A stretch of 41,871 nucleotides of DNA from Macrostomum lignano (lineage: Eukaryota): contig NIVC01000156.1 in the NCBI GenBank assembly GCA_002269645.1, positions 1 through 41,871 on the forward strand, read 5' to 3'. Both the position numbers and the translations under genes were made by a program. Positions 1-11,134 of the stretch are shown piece after piece (the stretch's first letter is position 1; every line of letters begins with the position of its first letter). Under the pieces are notes generated by a model that was given only the letters and a program-made list of their open reading frames with translations, did not search any database and was not told where the DNA came from.

Positions 1-34
1 ACAAGACTCAAGAGAAATTGCACTCTGAGCCTTA

Positions 35-70
35 AAATCGCACCTTGAAATTTGGCACAAGGTGCGATTT
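35..70. repeat. Perfect 13-bp inverted repeat (hairpin), possibly subterminal in a non-autonomous DNA element truncated by the window start
   Basis: AAATCGCACCTTG (35-47), 10-nt loop, CAAGGTGCGATTT (58-70); a third partial copy CGCACCTT at 71-78. The element assignment is inference. Confidence 0.6.
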
Positions 71-1574
71 CGCACCTTATCTCTGGCGAAAAAAAAACCC
101 AGTAGACCAGTGCTAGATATAAGTGGTATAGCAGAAATGTAATTAAAGTCAGTCAGGGTGGAGACAATGAGGAGTGAGGACCTAAGTCCTAATGAATTTG
201 CAAAGTGCAGCACTGCAAACTCTATATGACTGGTTATCAGGTTATGTTTTTTTTTCCTTTTGAATTTCACATGCAGAAATAGAATTGAATTTCTGACTTA
301 AATTTCTGGCATAGGCCTGGCCTAGGTGGTTATTGTGCAGAGCAATATATCTATCTATAAGTATAATTGATATCTAGATTAGGCCTAGGATTAGGTGAGC
401 TATCTCTTAGTGCTGACAGCCTAAAAGTTTTTTTCTGATGCATATAATGCATTTTCCTGAAAATGGTATATAATTAGAGTAGAGTGGTCTAGGCTATGGC
501 CGTATGGGGATATATTTTAGCAAAAATTTATTTACTAGTTTGTTCCTATTTCACTATTTGCAATTATAATTTCCTAGGTCATTTTTATAGGCAAATAGGC
601 CTCACAAATTCTTCTATGACTATGTTATAAGCAATGTGTCATAACTAATATTAATATAAGACATTGCAGCTCATTCTGCTAACTTTCTGAAGCATTAAAC
701 AAAAAAGCAAGCTCAGATAGATATTCAATCATATATATATGTTTAGGCAATAGACATAGACATAAATAATACTTATTATCTAAGATATATGAGGGCTGTC
801 CTAAAAGTAGGGTTTACTTTTCATTATATCTCTTGTTCCATTGATTCAACTATCATTATTTTGCAAAATTTTATAATGGCAATTCTCTTTATATATAAAA
901 TTTAACATTTTTAAAGTCAGACAATGGAATCGAAAGTTACAAACTAAAATGTAGCAGGAGCTCAACTATAGACTTATAGTAAGTTAGTCGGCTAGCAAAA
1001 TTTCAAAGTGGAAGCTGAAAAATGGGTAACTGGGTGCAGTAAATGTGTAAAACAATTGTGGTAAATGATAGCATTAGACCAATAAGCCAATGAAAGCTGC
1101 GCATTAATCTTGGCTACACTGTGTTCTCTCCTCCAAAGGGTATAAATCTTGCTCCCCTAAGCAACACTTGAATGCAAATCAATGAGTTTGTAACTTTTGT
1201 TTCCTTTGTTTGATTTTAAAGATGTTCAAGTTAATATGAGAAAGAGAGCTGCCACTATAAAATTGTGCAAAAATGATATTATTTGGATCATCAAAATGAG
1301 AGATATAATGAAAATAACTCTACTTTTGGGATAGCCTTTGTAGTAGCCCTAACTTAATTTACTATTGGGCATATACACTTTATAGTGGCTTTGAGGCTAG
1401 CCTTTAGGCTTCAATCAATGATGCTTATTATGCAAGCAATCACAAGAAAAAATCCAATTTAGTCCCAAAATTAATGTAATTATCCTTGGATTAGAGCCTA
1501 GGCTATGGCCCAGATAGACTAGTGTTCTGACAAAGAATTTAACACTTTTGGTTTATTTATTTTGACACCCAGAC

Positions 1575-1835
1575 TATTCATATATATCTATATATCAAAA
1601 ATGCAAAAATAGTTTGTATCTATCTATATCTATCTATCTTTCTATCTATCTATCTATCTATCTATCTATATCTATCTATCTATCTATCTATATATCTATT
1701 ATCTATCTACCTATCTATCCATTTATCTGTCCATCTACCTATCTATCTACCCATCTATCTATCTATCCATCTATCTATCTCTATATATCTATCTATCATC
1801 TATCTACCTATCTATTCATTTATCTGTCTATCTAC

Positions 1836-1880
<45 letters not shown>

Positions 1881-1925
1881 CATATATCCATCTATCCATA
1901 TATCTATCTATCTATCTATCTCTAA
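1575..1925. repeat. (TATC)n microsatellite
   Basis: Imperfect TATC/TATA tetranucleotide run; explains the YLSI ORF 1614-1925. Confidence 0.95.
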
Positions 1926-2193
1926 TATAGATTTAAAAACATAAAATAACAGTTTGATGTTCAAAGTTTCATGTCTAAAACTGCACAAACAACCTACTAA
2001 ATGAATAGAATTTTGATAATTGGAAAATCTTAAAATGTATTGTTCCATACAGATAATTTAATAGAAGAATTTTAGCAACTTGTAGTCTGCTGGACAATCA
2101 TCCCTAGTTACCAATCAGTAGCTTCTAGCTAATTGCAAAACTGAATACATTATTCATGCCTAAACAAATCCCAATATATTACACATACTGCAG

Positions 2194-2549
2194 CTGGCGG
2201 GTGCACCAGGTCAGGCAGCTGCGGCAGAATGCTGCAGTTTCCGCAGCCACTTCCAATCGGCCTAATTGTGGTGTCGCTGATTTTTCTATTGCTGCTCTGC
2301 TACGGCTTCTATCGCTGCATGCTGGCACCTCCGTTTCCCTTAGTGCGCAGTGGCGCTGCTCTCTCAGCCAGCAGCAGCAGCAGACTGCATCCGCCCCCCT
2401 GCCCGGCAGCTTCTGCTCCTCCAATGCTGCTGAACTCCTTCAGGCAAGTCAATGGCGATCAGAGCTGCTGGCAGAACCGTCAGCTTGGCCAACCTGATGT
2501 ACACCGCAGCCCGCCACCGACTTACGAGGAGGCCATGCTTTGTGCCTAG
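2194..2549 (+). CDS. Small single-pass membrane protein with C-terminal PPxY motif (WBP1/VOPP1/PMEPA1-like architecture); either the last exon of a gene or a 106-aa ORF from ATG 2229
   Basis: GC-rich island in AT-rich DNA. Hydrophobic LPIGLIVVSLIFLLLLCYGFY, then Pro/Ser-rich tail ending SPPPTYEEAMLCA. Acceptor-like CATACTGCAG ends at 2193 with the frame open from 2196. No upstream exon identified. Confidence 0.6.
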
Positions 2550-2800
2550 TGAGATAAAATCTCAAGTCTGTGGATCACTGCAGATAGAAAACTAACAACC
2601 GTGTTGTGTTTTTTATTTCGATTTTTTTTGAAGCGCATCTCAGCTTTCAAACACGTGCTTTTTGTCTCTCTCAACAAAACATTGCATTTTTTGCTATTAT
2701 GACTTTTTAATTGCTGAGTTCAATACATCAAAACCGATATCATTTTTATCATGCTTAGCCTTTTTTGGTTTAGTTATTTTTTACACTTTCAATTTTGGAA

Positions 2801-3178
2801 AGCCCCACATGATTATAGTCAAGCCCCACATGATTATAGTCAAGCCCCACATGATTATAGTCAAGCCCCACATGATTATAGTCAAGCCCCACATGGTTAT
2901 AGTCAAGCCCCACATGATTATAGTCAAGCCCAACATGATTATAGTCAAGCCCCACATGATTATAGTCAAGCCCCACATGATTATAGTCAAGCCCCACATG
3001 GTTATAGTCAAGCCCCACATGGTTATAGTCAAGCCCCACATGATTATAGTCAAGCCCCACATGATTATAGTCAAGCCCCACATGATTATAGTCAAGCCCC
3101 ACATGATTATAGTCAAGCCCCACATGATTATAGTCAAGCCCCACATGATTATAGTCAAGCCCTAAATGATTATAGTCA
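2801..3178. repeat. 21-bp minisatellite (CCCACATGATTATAGTCAAGC), about 18 copies, just upstream of WDR3
   Basis: Direct reading; explains the 7-aa periodic ORFs 2662-3228 on both strands. Confidence 0.95.
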
Positions 3179-3300
3179 CGCACGGTGCTGGGGTTCGATT
3201 CCCTCTGTCTCTGCCCTATCCATCCCATGTATCTCTAGCTTCTGTGCTCAAGCCAGCTCAAAAGTGCTCATTAAAAAGCCGACTCACGCTTGTGCATGCC

Positions 3301-6300
3301 ATGCCCGTCACCCACGAGTACCCCCGGTACACCGCCGACTCCCGGTTCGGTCTGACCGCTTCGCCTCGCTGCAACATCCTGGCCGTGTCCGACCCGGTGA
3401 CGCGGCACCGCCCTCTGGTGCTGGCCGGCGCTGCCGAGGACGCCATCGCCTGGAACCCCGTCACCGGCCAGGCTGCTCGCAAATTTCGCGAAGAAGACGA
3501 CGATGATTTCGCCGACGAAGAGGCCGCGCGGCCGAGATTGCGCGCCGGCGCCGTTGTGGCGCGCCTGGCCTGGCATGCTGGCGCCTCGGCGCTCGCTGTT
3601 GGCTACTCGGATGGCTGGATTCGGCTGTACAACCTGTGGACAGGTGAGCGGGTTTTACTGTGTTTGATGGTGGGGAGCGGATTTCAGTGTGTTTTGTGAG
3701 GGTGGGGAGCGGATTTCAGTGTGTTTTGTGAGGGTAGGGAGCGGATTTCAGTGTGTTTTGTGAGGGTAGGGAGCGGATTTCAGTGTGTTTTGTGAGGGTA
3801 GGGAGCGGATTTCAGTGTGTTTTGTGAGGGTGGGGAGCGGATTTCAGTGTGTTTTGTGAGGGTAGGGAGCGGATTTCAGTGTGTTTTGTAAGGGTAGGGA
3901 GCGGATTTCAGCGTGTTTTGTGAGGGTAGGGAGCGGATTTCAGTGTGTTTTGTGAGGGTAGGGAGCGGATTTCAGTGTGTTTTGTAAGGGTAGGGAGCGG
4001 ATTTCAGTGTGTTTTGTAAGGGTAGGGAGCGGATTTCAGTGTGTTTTGTAAGGGTAGGGAGCGGATTTCAGTGTGTTTTGTGAGGGTAGGGAGCGGATTT
4101 CAGTGTGTTTTGTGAGGGTAGGGAGCGGATTTCAGTGTGTTTTGTGAGGGTAGGGAGCGGATTTCAGTGTGTTATTCTAAATGATCAGCTACAGATTTTC
4201 CACCCTGTGCACTGCAGGCGAGCTGCTGGTGAAGTTCTGCGGCCACAAGAACGCAGTGTCTTCAATGGCTTTCAACGCTGACGGGTCTCTGCTAGCCGCT
4301 GGCGGCATGGACTCTGACGTCACAGTGCTGCGCATCGAGGGGGAGAGCGGCTTCCGCCTGCAGGGCCACTCCAATGCCGTCACCAAGGTGCGGCTTGTTG
4401 GGGTCCTGGTTTTTCTTCACCCGTAACCACTGCCGCCAGCCTCCAAGATCCCCAGTTGCTTGGTCAGCCTCCCAGATCCCCAGTTTCTGGGCCAGCCTCC
4501 CAGATCCCAAGTTGCTGGGCCAGCCTTTCAGATCCTCAGTTGCTTGGCCAGCGTCCCAGATCCTCAGTTGCTGGGCCAGCCTCCCAGATCCCCAGTTGCT
4601 GGGCCAGCCTCCCAGATCCCTAGTTACTGGGCCAGCCTCCCAGATCCCCAGTTGCTGGGCCAGCCTCCAAAATCCTTAGTTGCTGGGCCAGCCTCCAAGA
4701 TCCCCAGTTGCTTGGCCAGCCTCCCAGATCCCCAGTTGCTTGGCCAGCCTCCCGGATCCTCAGTTGCTTGGCCAGCCTCCCGGATCCAGAGCCAGGATCC
4801 TCATAATTATTCTTACTCCTTTCCCCCGGATACAATTCCGCAATAATTTCCCGCACCAGGTAGAGTTCCTGGAGCAGTGGAGCAACTGCCTGCTCAGCGC
4901 CTCCAAAGACGGCCTCATGAAATTCTGGAATCTGGACATACGCGTCTGCTTCAAAACCCTGACGGGTCACCCGGGCGAAATCTGGGACTTCGCTTTGATT
5001 GGCGACGCCAGGGACCTCCTGGTGACGGGCTCGTGCGACAATCAGCTGCGCCTGTGGCGCCTCTCAGTTCAAGACGATCGCGCACCTGAGGCTAAGAGAG
5101 CTCAGACTGATGCAGCTAAGGAGGCTGAGCAGCTGGCCCTGCTGCAGCCAGCCGATCTCGAGGTTTCATTCTTCAAAATATTCTTCAAATCCCACCCAAA
5201 AATCTCCCCGAATCCCATTCAACAATCTCCCCAAATCACATCAAATATCTCCCCAAATCCCATTCAAAATCTCCCCAAATCCCATCCAAAATCTCCCCAA
5301 ATCCCATTCAAAATCTCCCCAAATCCCATTCAACAATCTCCCCAAATCACATCAAATATCTCCCCAAATCCCATTCAAAATCTCCCCAAATCCCATCCAA
5401 AATCTCCCCAAATCCCATTCAAAATCTCCCCAAATCCCATTCAACAATCTCCCCAAATCACATCAAATATCTCCCCAAATCCCATTCAAAATCTCCCCAA
5501 ATCCCATTCAACAATCTCCCCAAATCACATCAAATATCTCCCCAAATCCCATTCAAAATCTCCCCAAATCCCATTCAACAATCTCCCCAAATCACATCAA
5601 ATATCTCCCCAAATCCCACCCAAAAATCTCCCCAAATCCCATTCAACAATCTCCCCAAATCACATCAAATATCTCCCCAAATCCCATTCAAAATCTCCCC
5701 AAATCCCATTCAAAATCTCCCCAAATCTCATTCAACAATCTCCCCAAATCACATCAAATATCTCCCCAAATCCCACCCAAAAATCTCCCCAAATCCCATT
5801 CAACAATCTCCCCAAATCACATCAAATATTTCCCCAAATCCCATCAAATATTCTCTCAAATCCAATTTAACAATCTCCCCAATCTCATACGAAATCTTCC
5901 CAAATCCCACCTCAAATATCTCCCCGAAATCCACCTGAAACTCCAGGACGCCCTGGCCGCTGAGTTCCTAGGCAGCGTTGCCAAGGCAACCAAAGGCCGC
6001 ACGCACTCGCTTGCCGCCACAGCCGATGGCCGCCTGCTGTGCGTGGCCTCGGGCACCCGCGGTCTCGAATGGTTTGCCTGCCCCAGCTCAGCCGAGCAGC
6101 GCACCCGACTGAAGCAGCGCCAAAGGAAGGCGGCTAGAAAAGCCGGTGCGGACCGGCCGAGCAGGCTGGCGGCTGAGGATCTGCTCAAACCGGCCGGCAT
6201 GCTGACCGGGTTTCCGGCCAAGCTCAGGTGGCCTGCCCTGGGCCCCGTGCGGCTGGCCGAGCAACCAGCCTCCGGAGCCAGCGATGAGGCATCCGTGGAT

Positions 6301-9300
6301 GCTGCTCAAGGAAGCAATCGGCAGGTTGAGGCGCTGCGTTTTGAGTGCTTTGTCAGCTTGGCCAATAACTCGGTTAGATGCTTGTTGTATATGTACTTTT
6401 ACAGGTTTCTATCTTTGCTCCCGTTAGGAAGTCAGGAAGTGTTGATGTATCTTTCCATTGTCCTCCCAGATCCCCACAGTGCATTGACCTCCCAGTTCCC
6501 CACAGTGCATTGACCTCCCAGATCCCCACAGTGCATTGACCTCCCAGATCCCCACAGTGCATTGACCTCCCAGATCCCCACAGTGCATTGACCTGTCAGA
6601 TCCCCACAGTGCATTGACCTCTCAGATCCCCACAGTGCATTGACCTCTCAGATCCCCACAATGCATTGACCTCTCAGACCCCAACAATGCATTGACCTCC
6701 CAGATCCCCACAGTGCATTGACCTCCCAGATCCCCACAGTGCATTGACCTCTCAGATCCCCACAGTGCATTGACCTCCCAGATCCCCATAGTGCATTGAC
6801 TTCTCATATCCCCACAGTGCATTGACCTCCCAGATCCCCACAATGCATTGAAATCCCATTTTCCAGATCTCCACAGTGCATTAAAATCCCATTTTCCAGA
6901 TCTCCACAGTGTATTAAAATCCCATTTTCCAGATCCCCACAGTGCATAAAATCCCATTTTCCAGACCCCCACAGTGCATTGAAATCCCATTTTCCAGATC
7001 TCCACAGTGCATTAAAATCCCATTTTCCAGATCTCCACAGTGCATTAAAATCCCATTTTCCAGATCTCCACAGTGCATAAAATCCCATTTTCCAGACCCC
7101 CACAGTGCATTGAAATCCCATTTTCCAGATCTCCACAGTGCATTAAAATCCCATTTTCCAGATCTCCACAGTGCATTGAAATCCCATTTTCCAGATCTCC
7201 ACAGTGCATTAAAATCCCATTTTCCAGATCTCCACGGTGCATAACATCCCATTTTCCAGATTCCCACGGTGCATAACATCCCATTTTCCAGATCCCCACA
7301 GTGCATTAAAATCCCATTTTCCAGATCCCCACAGTGCATTAAAATCCCATTTTCCAGATTCTGTCCTACCGTCTCAGCTACTCGGACGGGGCGGTCACGG
7401 TGGACTCTCTTGGCTCAAAAATCAGCCACGGTCACGAAGGCCCAGTCCGATGGGCGACCGTCAGCTCGGATGGCCTGGCGGTGATGACGCTGAGTGCCGG
7501 TCAGCTGAAACTGTGGCGGTTCTCCAGCCTTGCGTGCCTACTCACCATCGACTGCCCCAGCTCCAGCGGCGGCGAAGATCAAAGCGGATCAGGTAGCGGC
7601 CAGATGACCCGCTGCGTGTTTTTGCCCGGCGATCGGTACGCCGCTGTCGGCACCGCCGATGGCCGCCTGCTACTCTGCGACCTCAGCGATGGCCGGGTGG
7701 CTGAGCAGCTGCAGGTTGGCGCGGAGCTTTATTGAGTTGTTTAGTTGCTGGGCCACCAGCGTCCCAGATCCTCAGTTGCTGGGCCACCAGCCTCCCAGAT
7801 CCTCAGTTGCTGGGCCACCAGCCTCCCAGATCCTCAGTCGCTGGGCCACCAGCCTCCCAGATCCTCAGTTGCTGGGCCACCAGCCTCCCAGATCCTCAGT
7901 TGCTGGGCCAGCCTTTTTGTTTTTTGAAAGAAATAATGATAGATTTATTCATATTAAAAGCGTATATTTCTACTCTAAGTAGCGCATTCAGCTAAGGCTA
8001 CTACTCATAGAAAAATCACGCAGCGAGGCCCCCAACCACGAACCCGATTGTCAGGCGCACAGCGGCCCGGTGACCTGCCTGCGCCAGCTCAGCGACTCCA
8101 GCGGCCTCATCAGCGGCAGCTCAGGCGAGCGGCAGGCGATGCAGTGGCGCTACGAGATCAGCAGGGCGGCAGCTCAAGGCGGTCTCAGCAGCCGCCTGGG
8201 CCTCCTGCTAGCCAGAAGCATCGCTCTGGACGATTGCCTGGCCTCGGTGTGCAGCACCCCGGATGCGCGCCTGCTGTGTTGCGGCCTGCTGGACAACTCC
8301 ATCCGGGTTCTGTTCACCGACTCAGTGCGCCAGTTCCTGCACCTGCACGGCCACTCGCAGCCGGCCTCGGCCCTGGCGGCCAGCTCCGACTCCTCCCTGC
8401 TGGCCAGCGGGTCCGGCGACCGCACCATCCGCCTGTGGGGCCTGCAGTTCGGCGACTGTCAGAAGATTCTCCGCGGTCACGACCTGGCCATTGCCGATCT
8501 GGCGTTCGTCCCCATGCCAGAAGGTTTCGAAGGCGCCGATTCGTCGTCATCATCGCGCCTGCTGGTGAGCTGCGGCGCCGACAAGTGTCTGCGACTGTGG
8601 GACGCCGGCAAGTTCCGCAGAGTCGCAGCGCTGCACGGCCATCAGTCCGCCGTGGCCTGTGTGGCAGTTGCCCCCACCGGGGACTACTTTGCTAGCGTAG
8701 ATCAGGACGGCTCCGTTCGCACCTGGCAGAGAACTGAGGAGCCGCTGGTGCTTGAGGAGCAGCGCGAGTTGGAGAAGGATGCTCAGTTTGAGGAGGAGAT
8801 GGCCGAGCAGCAGGCTGAGGCCACTGACAGCGCAGCTAGCGGCCTGGTGTCCCGCCTGAGCCTGCAGTCTGTGCGCGGCGCCGAGGCGTTGCTGGCTGCT
8901 CTGGAGGTACGGCTGCGACTGCTGCAGACTGCATTGCCTTGGTGCTCTGCCTGTCATTGTGGCTGTTGTGTCACTGTGGTCACTGGTCATTGTGGCTGTT
9001 GTGTCACTGTGGTCACTGGTCATTGTGACACTGTGGCTGTTGTGTCACTGTGGTCACTGGTTATTGTGTCACTGTGGCTGTTGTGTCACTGTGGTCACTG
9101 GTCATTGTGTCACTGTGGCTGTTGTGTCACTGTGGTCACTGGTCATTGTGTCACTGTGGTCATTGTGTCATTGTGACCGTTTGTCACTGTGGCCGTTGTG
9201 TCACTGTGGTCACTGGTCATTGTGTCACTGTGGCCGTTGTGTCACTGTGGTCATTGTGTCACTGTGGCTGTTGTGTCACTGTGGTCACTGGTCATTGTGT

Positions 9301-10718
9301 CACTGTGGCCGTTGTGTCACTGTGGCCGTTGTGTCACTGTGGCTGTTGTGTCACTGTGGTCACTGGTCATTGTGTCACTGTGGCCGTTGTGTCACTGTGG
9401 CCGTTGTGTCACTGTGGCTGTTGTGTCACTGTGGTCACTGGTCATTGTGTCACTGTGGTCATTGTGGCCGTTTGTCACTGTGGCCGTTTGTCACTGTGGC
9501 CGTTGTGTCACTGTGGTCACTGGTCATTGTGTCACTGTGGCCGTTGTGTCACTGTGGTCATTGTGTCACTGTGGCTGTTGTGTCACTGTGGTCACTGGTC
9601 ATTGTGTCACTGTGGCCGTTGTGTCACTGTGGCCGTTGTGTCACTGTGGCTGTTGTGTCACTGTGGTCACTGGTCATTGTGTCACTGTGGCCGTTGTGTC
9701 ACTGTGGCCGTTGTGTCACTGTGGCTGTTGTGTCACTGTGGCTGTTGTGTCACTGTGGCTGTTGTGTCACTGTGGTCACTGGTCATTGTGTCACTGTGGC
9801 CGTTGTGTCACTGGTCACTGGTCATTGTGTCACTGTGGCTGTTGTGTCACTGTGGTCACTGGTCATTGTGTCACTGTGGTCATTGTGTCATTGTGGCCGT
9901 TGTGACACTGTGGCCGTTGTGTCACTGTGGTCACTGGTCATTGTGTCACTGTGGCCGTTGTGTCACTGTGGCCGTTGTGTCACTGTGGTCACTGGTCATT
10001 GTATCACTGTGGCTGTTGTGTCACTGTATGGTCATTCTGTCACTGTATGGTGATTGTGTCACTGCATGGTCATTCTGTCACTGTATGGTCATTCTGTCAC
10101 TGTATGGTCATTGTGTCACTGTATGGTCATTCTGTCATTTGCTGGGCCCAGTCTTCCGAGTTGCCACACACGCAGAGCACAATAAATAATTAGATTCCAC
10201 CCCCCTCTGTCCCTCAGCGCTGGGAGACGGACACCGACAGGGAGACGAAGCCATCATCAGCCGGTGTCAGCGGCGGCAGCAACAAGCCGCTGGAGTCGCT
10301 GGGCAGCTGGCTGGGCCGGCAGCCTCTGCACGAGCTTGAGCAGGCCATCTCAGCCCTGCCGGCTGTGCACGCCAAGCGCCTGCTTGCCGCTCTGGACTCG
10401 CTGGCGGCTGGCGGACTGCAGCCCGAGCGGGTCTGCCGCTGCGCCTGCCTGCTGCTCAGCTTCCACTTTCCCTGCCTGGCCGTGTCCGCTGGCGACACCG
10501 CGGCCAAGTTTCAGAGCCGCCTGACAGCCTGCGGCAACGGCCTGACCGATTTGCTCGGCTTCAACTTGGCAGCTCTGAGGATTTTACAGTCCATGGCGGC
10601 CGAGCAGCAGCCGGATGCGCCGGCTGCCGAGGCTGCTGATGGCTCTGGCGTCGGGCGGGCCAAGTCGAAGAGGCAGAAGAAACGTCAGAAGCAGATCTTT
10701 GATTTGAGAACTGTCTGA
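3301..10718 (+). CDS. WDR3: WD repeat-containing protein 3 (Utp12/Dip2), SSU processome UTP-B component, about 983 aa
   Basis: Exons 3301-3643, 4218-4387, 4860-5162, 5947-6372, 7358-7714, 8055-8906, 10218-10718; all GT-AG and phase-consistent; 2952 nt with no internal stop. N-terminus MPVTHEYPRYTADSRFG matches the WDR3-type MGLTKQYLRY..FG start. Many WD repeats (LAVGYSDGWIRLY, GHKNAVS, GHPGEIWDF, LHGHSQPASALAASSDSSLLASGSGDRTIRLWGLQFGDCQK) and a C-terminal Utp12-like ELEQAISALP segment. Confidence 0.93.
3668..4172. repeat. 32-bp minisatellite in WDR3 intron 1, about 16 copies
   Basis: Unit GTRAGGGTAGGGAGCGGATTTCAGTGTGTTTT; period 32 (e.g. GAGCGG at 3675 and 3707). Confidence 0.95.
4430..4790. 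repeat. 28-bp minisatellite family (CCAGCCTCCCAGATCCYCAGTTGCTGGG) in WDR3 intron 2
   Basis: Direct reading; the same family occurs in intron 5 and, inverted, at 19.1-21.9 kb. Confidence 0.92.
5180..5935. repeat. About 22-bp C-rich satellite (AAATCTCCCCAAATCCCATTC) with a 111-bp higher-order period, WDR3 intron 3
   Basis: The AACAATCTCC variant recurs at 5221, 5332 and 5443 (period 111). Confidence 0.92.
6460..7357. repeat. Compound minisatellite in WDR3 intron 4: 26-bp unit (about 6460-6835) then 33-bp unit (about 6836-7357, 16 copies)
   Basis: Units GATCCCCACAGTGCATTGACCTCCCA and GATCYCCACAGTGCATTAAAATCCCATTTTCCA; the last 33-bp unit supplies the 3' splice site. Confidence 0.93.
7735..7915. 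repeat. 31-bp variant of the 28-bp family, WDR3 intron 5
   Basis: CCACCAGCCTCCCAGATCCTCAGTTGCTGGG x5-6. Confidence 0.92.
8950..10140. repeat. Complex GTCACTGTG/GTCATTGTG-based satellite, WDR3 intron 6
   Basis: Shuffled short modules (GTGTCACTGTG, GTCACTG, GTCATT, GCYGTT); explains the Cys/His-rich ORFs in three frames. Confidence 0.93.
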
Positions 10719-11134
10719 TTGAAGCTGACTGACTAATCGGTGCGGAGAAACCAGCTGCTTGAAATACAGGCTGATAATCATGCCAATGTGTTCGCATTTT
10801 TTTCTTCCTTTCAACTCGAAGCTGTTAGAGCGGTTGGATAATTGCTGCTTTTGCTATGGTTTTGTTTTAATTAGCTTTGCTTCTTTGCAGGGAGCAGGGT
10901 GTGCTCTAAAGTGCAATATTCACAGTCGCGAGGGTCAAGGCCTCGAAGGCGCTTGCTTAGTAACCACCTAAACTTCAAAAAACCTAAAATTCATAACCAT
11001 GGGTTTTTGTGAAGCCCCCTCCCCAGGGCGTCGCCATTTATTTTATTGTGGGAGAGGGGACAAAGCCAAGAATTCTACATCTACACTGTACATTATTTTC
11101 AGAATTAGTGTTTTCAGCGCTGATTTTACACTCA

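Noticed and set aside
2662-3228. 7-aa periodic ORFs on both strands
   Set aside because: Translation of the 21-bp minisatellite.
4680-6513. 396-aa and 467-aa ORFs with SPNPIQ repeats
   Set aside because: Chimeras of true WDR3 exons 3/4 and the intron-3 satellite.
8959-10189. Three long Cys/His-rich ORFs (LCHCG, 238-379 aa) resembling metal-binding proteins
   Set aside because: They are translations of the intron-6 satellite, open in all three frames because the modules lack stops. WDR3 splices across them with consistent phase.
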